The translations under genes and the position numbers were made by a program. From an uncultured Chloroflexia bacterium (lineage in GTDB: Bacteria > Chloroflexota > Chloroflexia > Thermomicrobiales > CFX8), in NCBI GenBank assembly GCA_963763325.1, contig CAVXOL010000022.1, positions 16,737 through 80,736 of the forward strand: DNA of 64,000 bases, given 5' to 3'. This document shows, in pieces, positions 32,627 to 42,456 of this stretch. The notes below the pieces were generated by a model. The model had not been told where the DNA came from. It did no database searches and was given only the letters and a program-made list of their open reading frames with translations. Position 1 is the stretch's first letter. Each line of letters begins with the position of its first letter.

Positions 32627-32664
32627 ACGAGGAGACGGACGTGCCGCATCTGGTAGGGGCCACA

Positions 32665-32799
32665 TCCTGTACCGGCCCATGCCGTGAGGCATCCTCGGTG
32701 GGACATGGTGCGTTTGGCGAGAATCATCAACGTCTGCGCCCGTTTGGGAACCATGCCATCGTCTTACAACGATGCCTCACGGCATGGGCCGGTACAGGA
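32665..32799. repeat. 29-bp perfect inverted repeat with 77-nt spacer between pcaC and pcaB
   Basis: Checked: 'tcctgtaccggcccatgccgtgaggcatc' (32665-32693) is the reverse complement of 32771-32799. The spacer has its own smaller inverted repeat ('catggt...accatg'). Confidence 0.85.
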
Positions 32800-32844
32800 C
32801 ACGGCCACTACGTGGGTGTCGGCCAATATGGTCCGGTGTCTGAC

Positions 32845-34198
32845 ATGGACCAGGACCAGACACTGTTTGGGACGCCGGAGATGGCGGCTATCTTCTCGGC
32901 CGAGGCGCACGTGCGTGCGCTGCTGACGTTCGAGGCAGGGCTGGCACGGGCGCAGGCGCGCGCGGGTGTAATCCCAGTTGGGGCAGCGGACGCCATCGCG
33001 GCGGCTTGTCGGTCGGAGTCGTTCGATGTGCCTTTGTTGTATCGCGATGCTGTTCCGGCTGGGACGCTGGCGATACCGCTCGTCAAGGCACTGACCGCGA
33101 AGGTGGCCGGTGACGATGGGCGCTACGTCCACTGGGGCGCAACCAGTCAGGACGCCGATCGACAGCGCGCTGATGCTGCAAATGCGGCTCGGGCTGGATC
33201 TGCTGATCGACGGCTTGTTGGAGATCGGCGCCGCAGCGGCGGGGCTGGCCGAGCGGCACCGGCAGACGCCGATGATGGGACGCACGTTGCTCCAGCAGGC
33301 GCTACCGATCACGTTCGGGCTGAAGGCGGCGCACTGGCTGGCACTGGTGAGTCGCCTGGCGCGGCGGCTGCATCGCTTGCGATCGGAATCCCTGTTCGTC
33401 CAGTATGGCGGAGCGGTGGGGTCACTGGCAGTGCTTGGCGACGATGGGCTGCCTGTCATGCAGTGCCTTGCCGAAGAGCTTGGCCTGCAGGTTCCCGACC
33501 TTCCCTGGCACACCGAGCGCGACGGTATTGCTGAGATCGCCTCCGCTGTTGGTGTTGTCGCCGGAGCGATGAGCAAGATCGCCGGGGACGTGCTGCTGCT
33601 GGCACAGACGGAAGTTGGCGAGGTCTCGGAGGCGAGTGTGCCGGGAAAGGGCGGGTCGTCCGCAATGCCGCATAAGCGCAATCCGGTCGACGCCACCTTC
33701 GCGGTCGCGTCGGCACGGCTGGCGCTTGGCGGCGTGCCGATCATTCTCAACGCGATGGCAAATGAGCACGAGCGCGCCGCTGGTGGCTGGCAGACAGAGT
33801 GGTCGGTGCTGCCAGATCTCTTCAGTCACACCGCCGGCGCGGTCGAACGTGTCCGATCCGTTCTCGACGGGCTTGTCGTCGATCCCGCTCGGATGCAGGC
33901 AAACATGGAGCTGACTGGCGGGCTGATGATGGCCGAGCCACTGACGACGGCGCTGGCAGCGTCGATCGGCAGACCAGCAGCGTTCCGGCTGGTCGAAGCG
34001 GTGACGAGGAGCGCCAGCGATGCGCGACAGTCGCTCCGCGATGCGGCGCTTGCAGACGACCAGATTCGAGCATCGCTCTCGCTTGAGGAGATCGAGCGGG
34101 CGCTCGATCCGGCGAACTATCTCGGCAGCACCGATCTGTTCATCGACCGTGCGCTTTCGGCGTATCGCGACGTGCTGGTATTGCTCGGCGGCGCGTGA
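32845..34198 (+). pseudogene. pcaB: 3-carboxy-cis,cis-muconate cycloisomerase (fumarate-lyase superfamily), single frameshift near 33150
   Basis: 'MDQDQTLFGTPEMAAIFSAEAHVRALLTFEAGLARAQA...YVHWGATSQD', then after a 1-nt insertion 'AIDSALMLQM...'. Lyase signature 'GSSAMPHKRNP'. Confidence 0.85.
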
Positions 34199-34405
34199 TC
34201 TTGTTGGGCGGGGATATGGGCAGGTCACGCCGTGAAGTGTGTCACGTCGGCGTGGTGGGGAGCCAGACGGGTCTCCCCTCTCCGCCAACGTGATCTGGAA
34301 CCGATCCGTGGGATCGCCCAGTCCCCACCCGCCAACGAAACTCGCATCGACAGCCCGAACACCAACCTCGGCGCCACCACACCAGCGAATATCACTGCAT
34401 GACAA

Positions 34406-34439
34406 CACAACGCGCCGGCATCATCGCCGGCGCGTTGTG
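34406..34439 (-). terminator. Hairpin (14-bp perfect stem, 6-nt loop) between convergent pcaB and phoX
   Basis: 'cacaacgcgccggc' (34406-34419) pairs with 'gccggcgcgttgtg' (34426-34439). It lies about 20 nt downstream of the phoX stop. The U-tract is weak. Confidence 0.45.
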
Positions 34440-34461
34440 CTCCTGAGGAGAAGAGTGGTGG

Positions 34462-36472
34462 TTAGCTGTTGATCCGGCCGCCGTCGTTCTTCCAGACCTG
34501 GATGACGGTTGGGCGAACGAGCGCTCCACCGTCCGGCCAGGCAGTGATCGGCTCAGCGACGGTGCCGCCTTCGCCGGGATGCTGAACGGCGACGACCAGG
34601 TTGTGGAAGTCGTGGACGAACTCGAAGCTGGCGCACTCGGCGCCGGTGACGACGCTCAGAAACTGAGCCGCGTAGCCGCGCTGTGGTCCATCGGTCGGGA
34701 CGGCGTAGAGGCCGTCTGCGATGCCGAGTGGGGCCGGCTGGCCGTCGGTCGAGATCCAGAGGTTGCCCTCGTGGTCGAAGTTGACGTTGTCAGGGCAGGC
34801 GATCGGGCTGACCTGATCCTTCGGGAAGCCGGCGAAGTAGGTCGACTCGTCGTTGGGGTCGCCGCAGAGCAGGAAGATGTCCCAGGTGAAGGTCGTCGAG
34901 GCGGCATCGCCGTCGGCCTCTGCGATCTCGATGACCTGGCCGCTGCGATTGTCCGGGCGCGGGTTGGCGGCGTCGACATCCTCTTCGGTGCGCTGGTTAT
35001 TGTTGGTCATCGCCGCGTAGATCTTGTGGTTGACCGGGTTCTGCTGGATGTCCTCCGGGCGATCCATCTTGGTCGCGCCGAGCAGGTCGGCGGCGATGCG
35101 GGTCTTGACGAGGACGTCGCCCTGTGAGGTGAAGCCGTTGGACTCGTCGAGGCCGTTCTCGCCGTAGACGAGCGGCATCCACTCGCCGCTGCCATCATCG
35201 CTGAACTTGGCAACGTAGAGGACGCCTTCATCGAGCAGGCCCTGGGCCATACCGCGCTTGATCGGGTCGTATGCGTTGTCGGAGACGTACTTGTAGACGT
35301 AGTCGAAACGCTGGTCATCGCCCGAGTAGAAGACGACGCGACCGCTTGGAGAATAGCCGAAGGTGGCACCCTCATGGCGGAAGCGGCCGAGAGCGGTTCG
35401 CTTGATGGGTGTCGAATCCGGATCGTAGGGATCGATCTCGACCACCCAACCGAAGCGGAACGGCTCGTTCGGCTCGTTGGTGACGGCGAAGCGGCCGTAG
35501 TGGTGTTCCCAGCCGTAGCCGGAGGTTTCGCCGGAGATGCCGTAGCGGGCGTGGACCTCGGCGCGCGGGTCTTCAGGGTCCATCAGGTCGAGGTTGCCGA
35601 AGTAGCCCTGGAAGTTCTCTTCGCAGGTCAGGACCGTACCCCACGGTGTGAAGCCGCCGGCGCAGTTGTTGAGGGTGCCGATCACCCATGCGCCGGTCGG
35701 GTCGTCCTGCGTCTTGAGCCAGTCGTGTCCTGCGGCCGGGCCACTGACACGCATCGGCGTCGTGGCCGTGATGCGGCGGTTGTAGGGCGAATACATATCG
35801 ATAGCGAGGCGGCCATCCTCGCCACGGATCACTTCGAGGACTGAGCCGCCGTGGGCGGCCAACTCGACATCGGCCTGTTCCTTGGTCGGGTTCTGGCTCT
35901 CGTAGTCGGCCCACATCAGCTCGCCGTTGGTGTACTCGTGGTTGATCCAGAGCAGGCCGCGACGGGACTGCTTGTCGTAGAACGGGAGCGGGTGGTAGCC
36001 GATGTAGTCGCAGTTGTAGCCGACCTGCTGCTCCTGCGCCCAGGCGCTGAGGTTGCCTGGGTCATAGGCGGGAGCGCCGGAACGGATCGGATCGCCCCAT
36101 TTGGCGAATGGTGCCCAGGAGTAGCCATTCGCAACCATCACCTGCTGCGCGTCCTCTGGCTGCGGCGGGATTGGCGCGTACTTGACCGATCCCGCCATGC
36201 GACTGCGCCTCTGCCGCGATCGCTGTCCCAACGTTGGTCTTGCCGGTCAGCGGGTTGACGACGACCATCGCGCCAGCTGCGAGACCGGCCTTCAGGACGC
36301 CACGGCGGCTGATGCGCCGTTGCAGCAGGTTCGCGAACGTCTCGCCGGTCCCGCGTTGCGACAGGACGACATCGGCGCGATCGAGCAGTTCCTCACGAGT
36401 TGGCTGTTTCTTGCCCGGCTTCGAATCACTTTGCACCAACTGGTGTTCCTTCCCCACATCGACGCAGCACAA
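34462..36472 (-). pseudogene. phoX: PhoX-family (DUF839) alkaline phosphatase with Tat signal; single frameshift near 36195
   Basis: The 589-aa ORF carries 'GYSWAPFAKWGDPI', 'NCAGGFTPWGTVLTCEEN', 'RFRHEGATF' and 'CPDNVNFDHEGNLWISTDG'. The Tat leader 'FANLLQRRISRRGVLKAGLAAGA' is in the adjacent frame (ORF 36062..36472). Confidence 0.8.
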
Positions 36473-36695
36473 CGTCGCGCTGCGATTCCGGGGACAGCGT
36501 CGTCTACCAGCCAGTGGGGTTCGTTAAGCCCGTATGAAAGTTGCGTTAAGGTCATGTTGGATGATCCGGGATGCGAACAAGATGAACAGCGTAGCCGAGG
36601 TCCCCACCCCGTCACCCGTGTCACGCGCTGGCAACAACAAACGGGCGGCTCAGCTTGAGCCGCCCATTGCGTGTGTCCCGAGATGTTCGCCGTCG

Positions 36696-38081
36696 TTAGA
36701 CGACGCGGCGTGCGGTGTAGTAGCGCTGGCCCCAGTAGCTGTCCCAGATGTCGGCGATGGCGACGCCGACGCGTTCGCTCTGGGCGTTGACCATCTGGCC
36801 GCCGCCGATGTAGATACCGACGTGGGAGAGGCCCCACTTGTAGGTATTCTGCTGGAAGACCAGATCACCCGGCTGGAGGTTCTCCGGGCTGACGTACGAG
36901 CCGGAGGACGCCTGCACTTCGAGCGATCGCGAAATGTTGACACCGGCGACGCTGTTGAAGATGAAGTAGGTGAAGCCCGAGCAATCGAAGCCGCCCGGCG
37001 TCGTGCCACCCCAGACATACGGGACACCGATGTAATTGAGCGCTTCCGAGACGACGATCGCGCCGATGCCTGTCTCCGGTGCGACCGGTTCCGGTTCCTC
37101 GACGACAACCGGCTCTTCAGCTACGGGCGCCGGCTGCTCGGCCGGCTGTTCGACAACCGGCTCGTCGACTGAGCCGAGGGTCGGGTCACTGGATGGCGCC
37201 TGGTCCGACCAGGCGAGGTAGCCACCGTGGACCCAGCCGGTCATGCTGGAGTAGTCAACCATGTACCAGCCGTTGCCATCGCCGTCCCAGTACGGGCCGT
37301 CGAGGACGGTCACGACGACGCCTTCGGCGAGGATCGTGACGATTCCGGCGTTGTAGCTGCCTTCGTCGCGGAGGTTGAGTCCGCCGCCGCCGGTGCCAAC
37401 GACCGACGCGCGATCGCCGATGGCGAGGCCGCCGGAAGTTGCCGGCTCTTCAGCGACCGGCTGTGCTGGTGGCGCCGCGCCACCGCCGATCGAGAGATAG
37501 GCCGCGGCTGCGTAGCCGGTCATGCCGTCCCAGGAGACCTGAGCCCAGCTGGTGCCGGCCGCGTCGTAGATATCGGTAGCGAGGACGCCGACGGATGCGC
37601 CTTCCGGCATGACGGTGATCGTGCCGGCGTCGGTCGTTGCGCCGTCACGCAGCCGCAGGCCGTAACCATCGGTGCCGACGACGGTTGCTGTCGTGCCTTC
37701 TGCAACGGATGTGCTGGTATCGGCTGTCTCGCGGTAGGCAGGCTCAACGTACTCACCGGACAGGTAGTCGGCGACGACCCATCCTTCGATATAGCCATCC
37801 CATACTTCGACACCAACGAGGAACCAGGCGGAGCCGTCATCAAGCCACATCGGACCTTCGATGACGGTAACGGAGACACCCTCATGCAGGGTGTTGATGA
37901 TCGATCCACTGAAGCCGGGATAGTCCCGGACGTTTACCCCATCGCCATTTGTATAGGCGATATGCGCTGACTCACCTGGAACGAGATTGAGATCTGCAGC
38001 GACAGGGATTCCGAGAGCTAGCGTCATTGTCGCCGCTACTACTACTGCCAGTAGTGTGCGACTCTGGCTCATGCGTCTCAA
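36696..38081 (-). CDS. Secreted cell-wall hydrolase: multiple SH3b-like repeats plus a C-terminal NlpC/P60 domain
   Basis: SD 'ggaggg' before TTG 38081. Signal peptide 'TLLAVVVAATMTLALGIPVAA'. Repeated 'LNLRDG/VNVRDYPG...G' SH3b-like units. NlpC/P60 region 'YIGVPYVWGGTTPGGFDCSGFTYF' ... 'HVGIYIGGGQMVNA'. Confidence 0.9.
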   Translation of the reverse strand: MRRMSQSRTLLAVVVAATMTLALGIPVAADLNLVPGESAHIAYTNGDGVNVRDYPGFSGSIINTLHEGVSVTVIEGPMWLDDGSAWFLVGVEVWDGYIEGWVVADYLSGEYVEPAYRETADTSTSVAEGTTATVVGTDGYGLRLRDGATTDAGTITVMPEGASVGVLATDIYDAAGTSWAQVSWDGMTGYAAAAYLSIGGGAAPPAQPVAEEPATSGGLAIGDRASVVGTGGGGLNLRDEGSYNAGIVTILAEGVVVTVLDGPYWDGDGNGWYMVDYSSMTGWVHGGYLAWSDQAPSSDPTLGSVDEPVVEQPAEQPAPVAEEPVVVEEPEPVAPETGIGAIVVSEALNYIGVPYVWGGTTPGGFDCSGFTYFIFNSVAGVNISRSLEVQASSGSYVSPENLQPGDLVFQQNTYKWGLSHVGIYIGGGQMVNAQSERVGVAIADIWDSYWGQRYYTARRVV

Positions 38082-38555
38082 CGAGTTTCCCTCCTACGAC
38101 ACCCCGTGAGGGAACCCGATTCCTGCCGAACCAACGCGGCAGACGCATTGCAATACTGAAGCGCATGCAACACGACGGATCCACCCCAGAGCAGATACCC
38201 ATCGCATCCCCAATAGCGACGGATACGGAACTGCTCAAACCCTCCCGAAGCTGTCCAACTGACGTACTCTCGACGGCATTCGGCCCCACTTGCGATACCC
38301 CTATCGCAGTGCCGAATGACCTGGCCACATAGTCGTGGCCGAACGGTTCACGATACCGCGCCGGCTTATACCCCACAGTACAGCCGAAACATGTCTCGTT
38401 GCCGCCAGACGATCTCATCGTCTCTCAGGTCTGCTGGCGTCTCCAGTTCAGCCCTCGAGACGTCTTTGTCTCAGGACGGGTGCACCTTAGCACACGCGCA
38501 AAGATCATGTCAACCATTTCATATATAGTGTACGTACACCTGTCGTGGTGTCACA

Positions 38556-39035
38556 CTACCAATCTTCGCGACTCATCCGGTCGATTCTGCGTGAAACGTA
38601 GTCTTCTCCTCGGCCAATCCCCAATGCAATAAGCCCTGCCAGTCCAATGACAATTCCGGCATAGAGCAGTGCGTAGAGTGCGGCGACGATCAGGTCACGA
38701 GTCCACGACGTTGATGAGTCCGAGATGCTTGCCAGTATGACACACGAAGTCAATGCCGTGAATACTGATCCGAGAATGGAAAGTAGAATTCGACGCGTTC
38801 CCCGACCGTGACGAATGAAAAACGCATCTCCGACACCGATTCCGAATGCGACAAACGGCGCACAGATCCATGTCAGTGCCGGTAGCAGTCCGCCGAGCGC
38901 ACCGTGCAGGAGCTGGCTTGCGACGACGAGCAGCGTGAGGGCAAGCAGCACAAGCCACGACCAGCGTCGTAGCTGGACTGGATCGGCGGTCAACCTGGCG
39001 ATCAGGCCTGGCTTACGCTGCGGGCCGTCATCCAT
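38556..39035 (-). CDS. Hypothetical 4-TM membrane protein (low-GC islet)
   Basis: 159-aa ORF with four clear hydrophobic segments (e.g. 'WSWLVLLALTLLVVASQLL', 'LIVAALYALLYAGIVIGLAGLIALGI'). No family recognised. Confidence 0.5.
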   Translation of the reverse strand: MDDGPQRKPGLIARLTADPVQLRRWSWLVLLALTLLVVASQLLHGALGGLLPALTWICAPFVAFGIGVGDAFFIRHGRGTRRILLSILGSVFTALTSCVILASISDSSTSWTRDLIVAALYALLYAGIVIGLAGLIALGIGRGEDYVSRRIDRMSREDW

Positions 39036-39422
39036 TGCTTGCCCGTGTGACTCGGTTCATGCTCTCGCGTTCTGACAATGGTCCTCTTCTTTATAGGAAG
39101 GATGGTCAAGACAAATGGTACAGCGCGGTCAGTCGGTGCGGTGGATGACGTGTCCTGGTTGCTGGCTATCGTGGCAGTTCTACCGGCGGCACGTTCGGCA
39201 CGTTGGCCCGTCGGGTTACGACGTGAAGACGATTTACGCCAGGGCATCGAGAGTTCTGGCTGCGAAACGATGGTTGAGACGGTTTTGTGACTCGTGCAGC
39301 GCTCCGATGTGATCTCCGATGTGAGAGGTGCAGCCTGCAAGCGTGACGGCGGCGCGATGGCGTACCCTATCTGCAGCGCGTCGTGACGGCGCGGTGGCTG
39401 GACTCACGATTGGCACGGCTGG

Positions 39423-39965
39423 ATGCAATCGATCGACGACGCGGGAGACGGCGATAGCCGGGTGGTTGGGCACGTCGAGTTGCCGGTTGCGCGGCCTGCG
39501 CCGCACGAACGGCTCGACCCACGGGCGCTGACGGCATGGCGGATCTCGGGGTTGCTGTCGTCGCTGGTGACGCTGGCGATCGCCGGTGCGATCAGCTGGT
39601 TGCTCTGGTATCTGGACCAGCCGTCGTGGCTGGTGGCGTTGCCGCTGGTGGTCGCGCTGGTGGTTGGGGTTGTGTCAACCTGGGTTGCGCCATCGATCCA
39701 GTGGCGACGCTGGCGTTATGCGGTGACCGAGCGCGATATCGAATTGCAGCGCGGCGTCATCATCATTACGCGGACACTGATCCCGATCGTGCGGGTCCAG
39801 CATGTCGATACGCACCAGGGGCCGATTCTGCGGCGCTTCGGCCTGGCCGGGATCGCGATCGCGACGGCGGCCGGGACCGAGGAGATTCCAGCGCTGGCGG
39901 TCGATGTCGCAGACGATTTGCGCAACCGTATCTCCGATCTGGCAGGCATTGCCGACGATGTCTGA
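39423..39965 (+). CDS. Bacterial PH-domain (bPH_2/DUF304) membrane protein, YdbS-like
   Basis: Two TM helices, then 'WRRWRYAVTERDIELQRGVIIITRTLIPIVRVQHVDTHQGPILRRFGLAGIAIATAAG'. Confidence 0.75.
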   Translation: MQSIDDAGDGDSRVVGHVELPVARPAPHERLDPRALTAWRISGLLSSLVTLAIAGAISWLLWYLDQPSWLVALPLVVALVVGVVSTWVAPSIQWRRWRYAVTERDIELQRGVIIITRTLIPIVRVQHVDTHQGPILRRFGLAGIAIATAAGTEEIPALAVDVADDLRNRISDLAGIADDV

Positions 39966-41424
39966 GCCACACCGCCTGCACCCGGCGGCGATTGTCCTGA
40001 TGGGTTTGCAGATCGTGCGTCAGTTCGCGATCCCGGCGCTGATCCCGCTTGCGCTGCAACTGATCAACAACGGGTTTGGCGCGGTCAGTCTCCAGACGGC
40101 GGTCTTCACGATCGTGATCCTGCTGGCGCTGCTGATGCTGTCGTCGGCGTATGGCGTGCTGGCGTGGCACCGCTTCACCTATCGGGTCGAATCCGGTGAA
40201 TTGCGGATCGAGCAGGGGATCTTCAACCACCAGCGACGCTTCATTCCGATCGAGCGGATTCAGACCTTCGATTCCAGCCAGGGACTGCTCCAACGGCTGC
40301 TGGGTGTCGTCAGTGTCCGGGTCGAGACGGCCGGCGGCGGCGGGGCGTCACCGGAGGTATCGCTGCCGGGTGTCTCGCAGGCGGACAGCGAACGGCTGCG
40401 GCAGGCGCTGGCGGCAGGCCGGGCCGGGGTTGCGCTACCAGTGCCGGGCGTGAGCTCGCCTGACTCTGTCGAAGAGCTCACGCCGCCGGCCAACGTCTGG
40501 AAGCTGAGCGCGAACGACCTGCTGCTGGCTGGGAGTACCGGCGGCCGGGCCGGGGTGGCGCTTTCCATTATTGTGGCGGCGATCTCGCTGGCCGATAACC
40601 TGATCCCGTACGACCGTCTCGGAGGACTGGCAGAGCGGGTGACGGGCTTCGTCGTCGTGGTTGGGTTGGCGGTCGCGCTGGCGGTCGTGACCTGGTTGCT
40701 GGGCGTGGCCGGGACGATCCTGGCCCATGCCGGGTTCACGATCACCCAGCAGGGCGACCACCTGCTGATCGAGCGTGGGTTGCTGGAGCGGCGGCGGGCG
40801 ACGATCCCGATCGAGCGAATCCAGGCGATCCGGATTCTTGAGGGGGTCGTGCGCCAGCCGTTCGGGCTGGTCGAGCTGCGAGTCGAGAGCGCCGGGTACG
40901 GGCCAAAGGCGGGCGAATCGACGGTGCTCTGCCCGCTGTTGCGCCGGAAGGATGTCCGGCCGTTCCTGGAGCGGATGGCGCCGGCACTGGCGGTCGAGGG
41001 GGCATTCGAGCCACTGCCGGAGCGCGCGCGGCGTCGCTATCTGTTCCAGTTTTCGGTCCTGTTGCAGCCGTTGCTGCTGATCGTGCCGGTCATCTACTTC
41101 TTTTATCCACTGGGGCTGTTCAGTCTGGTGCTCCTGCCCGCGCTCGTTCTGCTGGGGTATTGGCAGTATCCGCGACGCCGGCTGGGCGGTGGTTGGCGAG
41201 ACGCTGCTGCTGCGCTGGCGCTCGGTCTCGCGGACGACGGTGATTGTGCCGCGTCGTCGGGTGCAGGTTGGCGAGACGCATGCCAACCCGTTCCAGCGAC
41301 GGGCGAAGTTGTCGAACCTGTCGATCCGGGTGCCGTCCGGGTCCGGCGGCGCGTCGTTCGGATTGATGCACATGGACCACGAAACGGCGCTGCGGCTGCT
41401 GGCCTGGCTCGGGCCGCGACGGTA
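39958..41424 (+). pseudogene. Triple bPH_2-domain membrane protein, YdbT-like; single frameshift near 41172
   Basis: ATG 39958 overlaps the ydbS-like stop. Three repeats of the 'F/HRFTYRVE...LRIEQGIFNHQRRFIPIERIQ' type. The C-terminus 'AVVGETLLLRWRSVSRTTVIVPRRRVQVGETHANPFQRRAKLSNLSIRV...' lies in the frame of ORF 41189..41425. Confidence 0.75.
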
Positions 41425-41485
41425 ACAGGCCTTCCAATATCAAATACTCGAACGGTTAGCGGGCGGAAATGTGTGCCAGGGGTGG

Positions 41486-41694
41486 TCAAGTGGCTCAAGT
41501 GGCTCAAGCTCATTGTGCGAGCCAGTTGGGGCCATCTGGTGATCCCTTCTGGCCGAGGGGTTCAAGGTGCTCAAGGTGCTCATGCTCATCGGTAGGAGTG
41601 AGTCGAATTGAGTCATGTTGATCATGCTCATTGTGTGAGCGAGTTGAATGAGCCACATGAACCAGATGGCCAAGGGGACCAAGGGGGCCAAGGC
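41486..41694. repeat. Non-coding region with short tandem 9-mers and an imperfect large dyad
   Basis: 'tcaagtggc' x2+ (41486-41510). 'tcaaggtgc' x2 (41562-41582). 'ccaagggg(a/g)' x3 (41668-41694). Direct 'gctcattgtg(c/t)gagc' at about 41506 and 41624. Inverted 'ggccatctggt/accagatggcc'. Confidence 0.5.
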
Positions 41695-41761
41695 GTTCAG
41701 TGATCCGGTTGGACGGGCTTAGGGCGGTGTGCAGACGTTATGCCGTTCCGTATCGACGCGT

Positions 41762-41804
41762 CGGCCTGCGGGCCGCGGACCGGTCTGAGACCGGTCCCTA
41801 CGAG
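41762..41804. repeat. REP-like palindromic element (same family as 54.4-56.0 kb)
   Basis: 'cggcctgcgggccgcggaccggtctgagaccggtccctacgag' shares the head 'cggcctgcgggccgcggac', the palindromic core and the 'ccctacgag' tail with the copy at 54545-54592. Confidence 0.8.
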
Positions 41805-41937
41805 TGTGGGGCCATCCTTCTGCACACCGAAGGCGTATAGACCTTAAAGGCGTTCATGGTTGGTGGGTGACCGCCTTTGATTGGTGGTGGGTTTGTGCGG
41901 ATTGTGGGGATTGGCGAGCGGCCGGATCTGATCGCAA

Positions 41938-42366
41938 GTGGTGGCTGGCTGGCAGTTTGCCGAGTGGGGGCATCTGGAGCCGGGTGATTCCTTCGCGGCG
42001 CGAGTGGCCGATCTGGAGCGGCAGGCGGCCAGCCGGGGTGGGGTGGTGGGGAGTTGTGGCGTGGAGGGGGACGAGCCGCTCGGGTGTGCGGGGGTGATGG
42101 AGCAGACCTGGGAGGTCTATCGCGCCTCGCCGGGGCAACGCGATCTCTCGCCATGGCTGGCGAGCGTCTATGTTCGGCCGGAGGCGCGCGGTCGTGGGGT
42201 GGCGACGGGTCTGGTCCGGCACGCGACGGCGCAGGTGGCGAAACTGGGTATCCGGCGCTTCTACCTGTTTACGGACAGTGCGCGGGGGCTGTACGAGACG
42301 TGCGGCTGGAGGGTGATCGGGATCAGACCTGCACGGCGGACTGGAGATCACGATCATGGCGATTGA
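41938..42366 (+). CDS. GNAT family N-acetyltransferase (possible N-terminal extension from GTG 41896 via a frameshift)
   Basis: 'WLASVYVRPEARGRGVATGLVRHATAQVAKLGIRRFYLFT...GLYETCGWRV' is the acetyl-CoA binding motif A region. Upstream, 'VRIVGIGERPDLIA' in another frame may be the true N-terminus. Confidence 0.7.
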   Translation: MVAGWQFAEWGHLEPGDSFAARVADLERQAASRGGVVGSCGVEGDEPLGCAGVMEQTWEVYRASPGQRDLSPWLASVYVRPEARGRGVATGLVRHATAQVAKLGIRRFYLFTDSARGLYETCGWRVIGIRPARRTGDHDHGD

Positions 42367-42456
42367 CCTTGCGTGATCCGCGACAGTGAATCTGCAGCTT
42401 CGAATCGTGTCACCGTGAACGGAGCCGTATTGCCTGTCATCGTGGATCGGGACGAA

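Noticed and set aside
41440-41691. 83-aa minus-strand ORF across the tandem-9-mer region
   Set aside because: The translation is dominated by the repeat-derived 'LEPLEPL' and 'MSMSTLSTL' strings. There is no SD, and the region is better explained as non-coding repeats.
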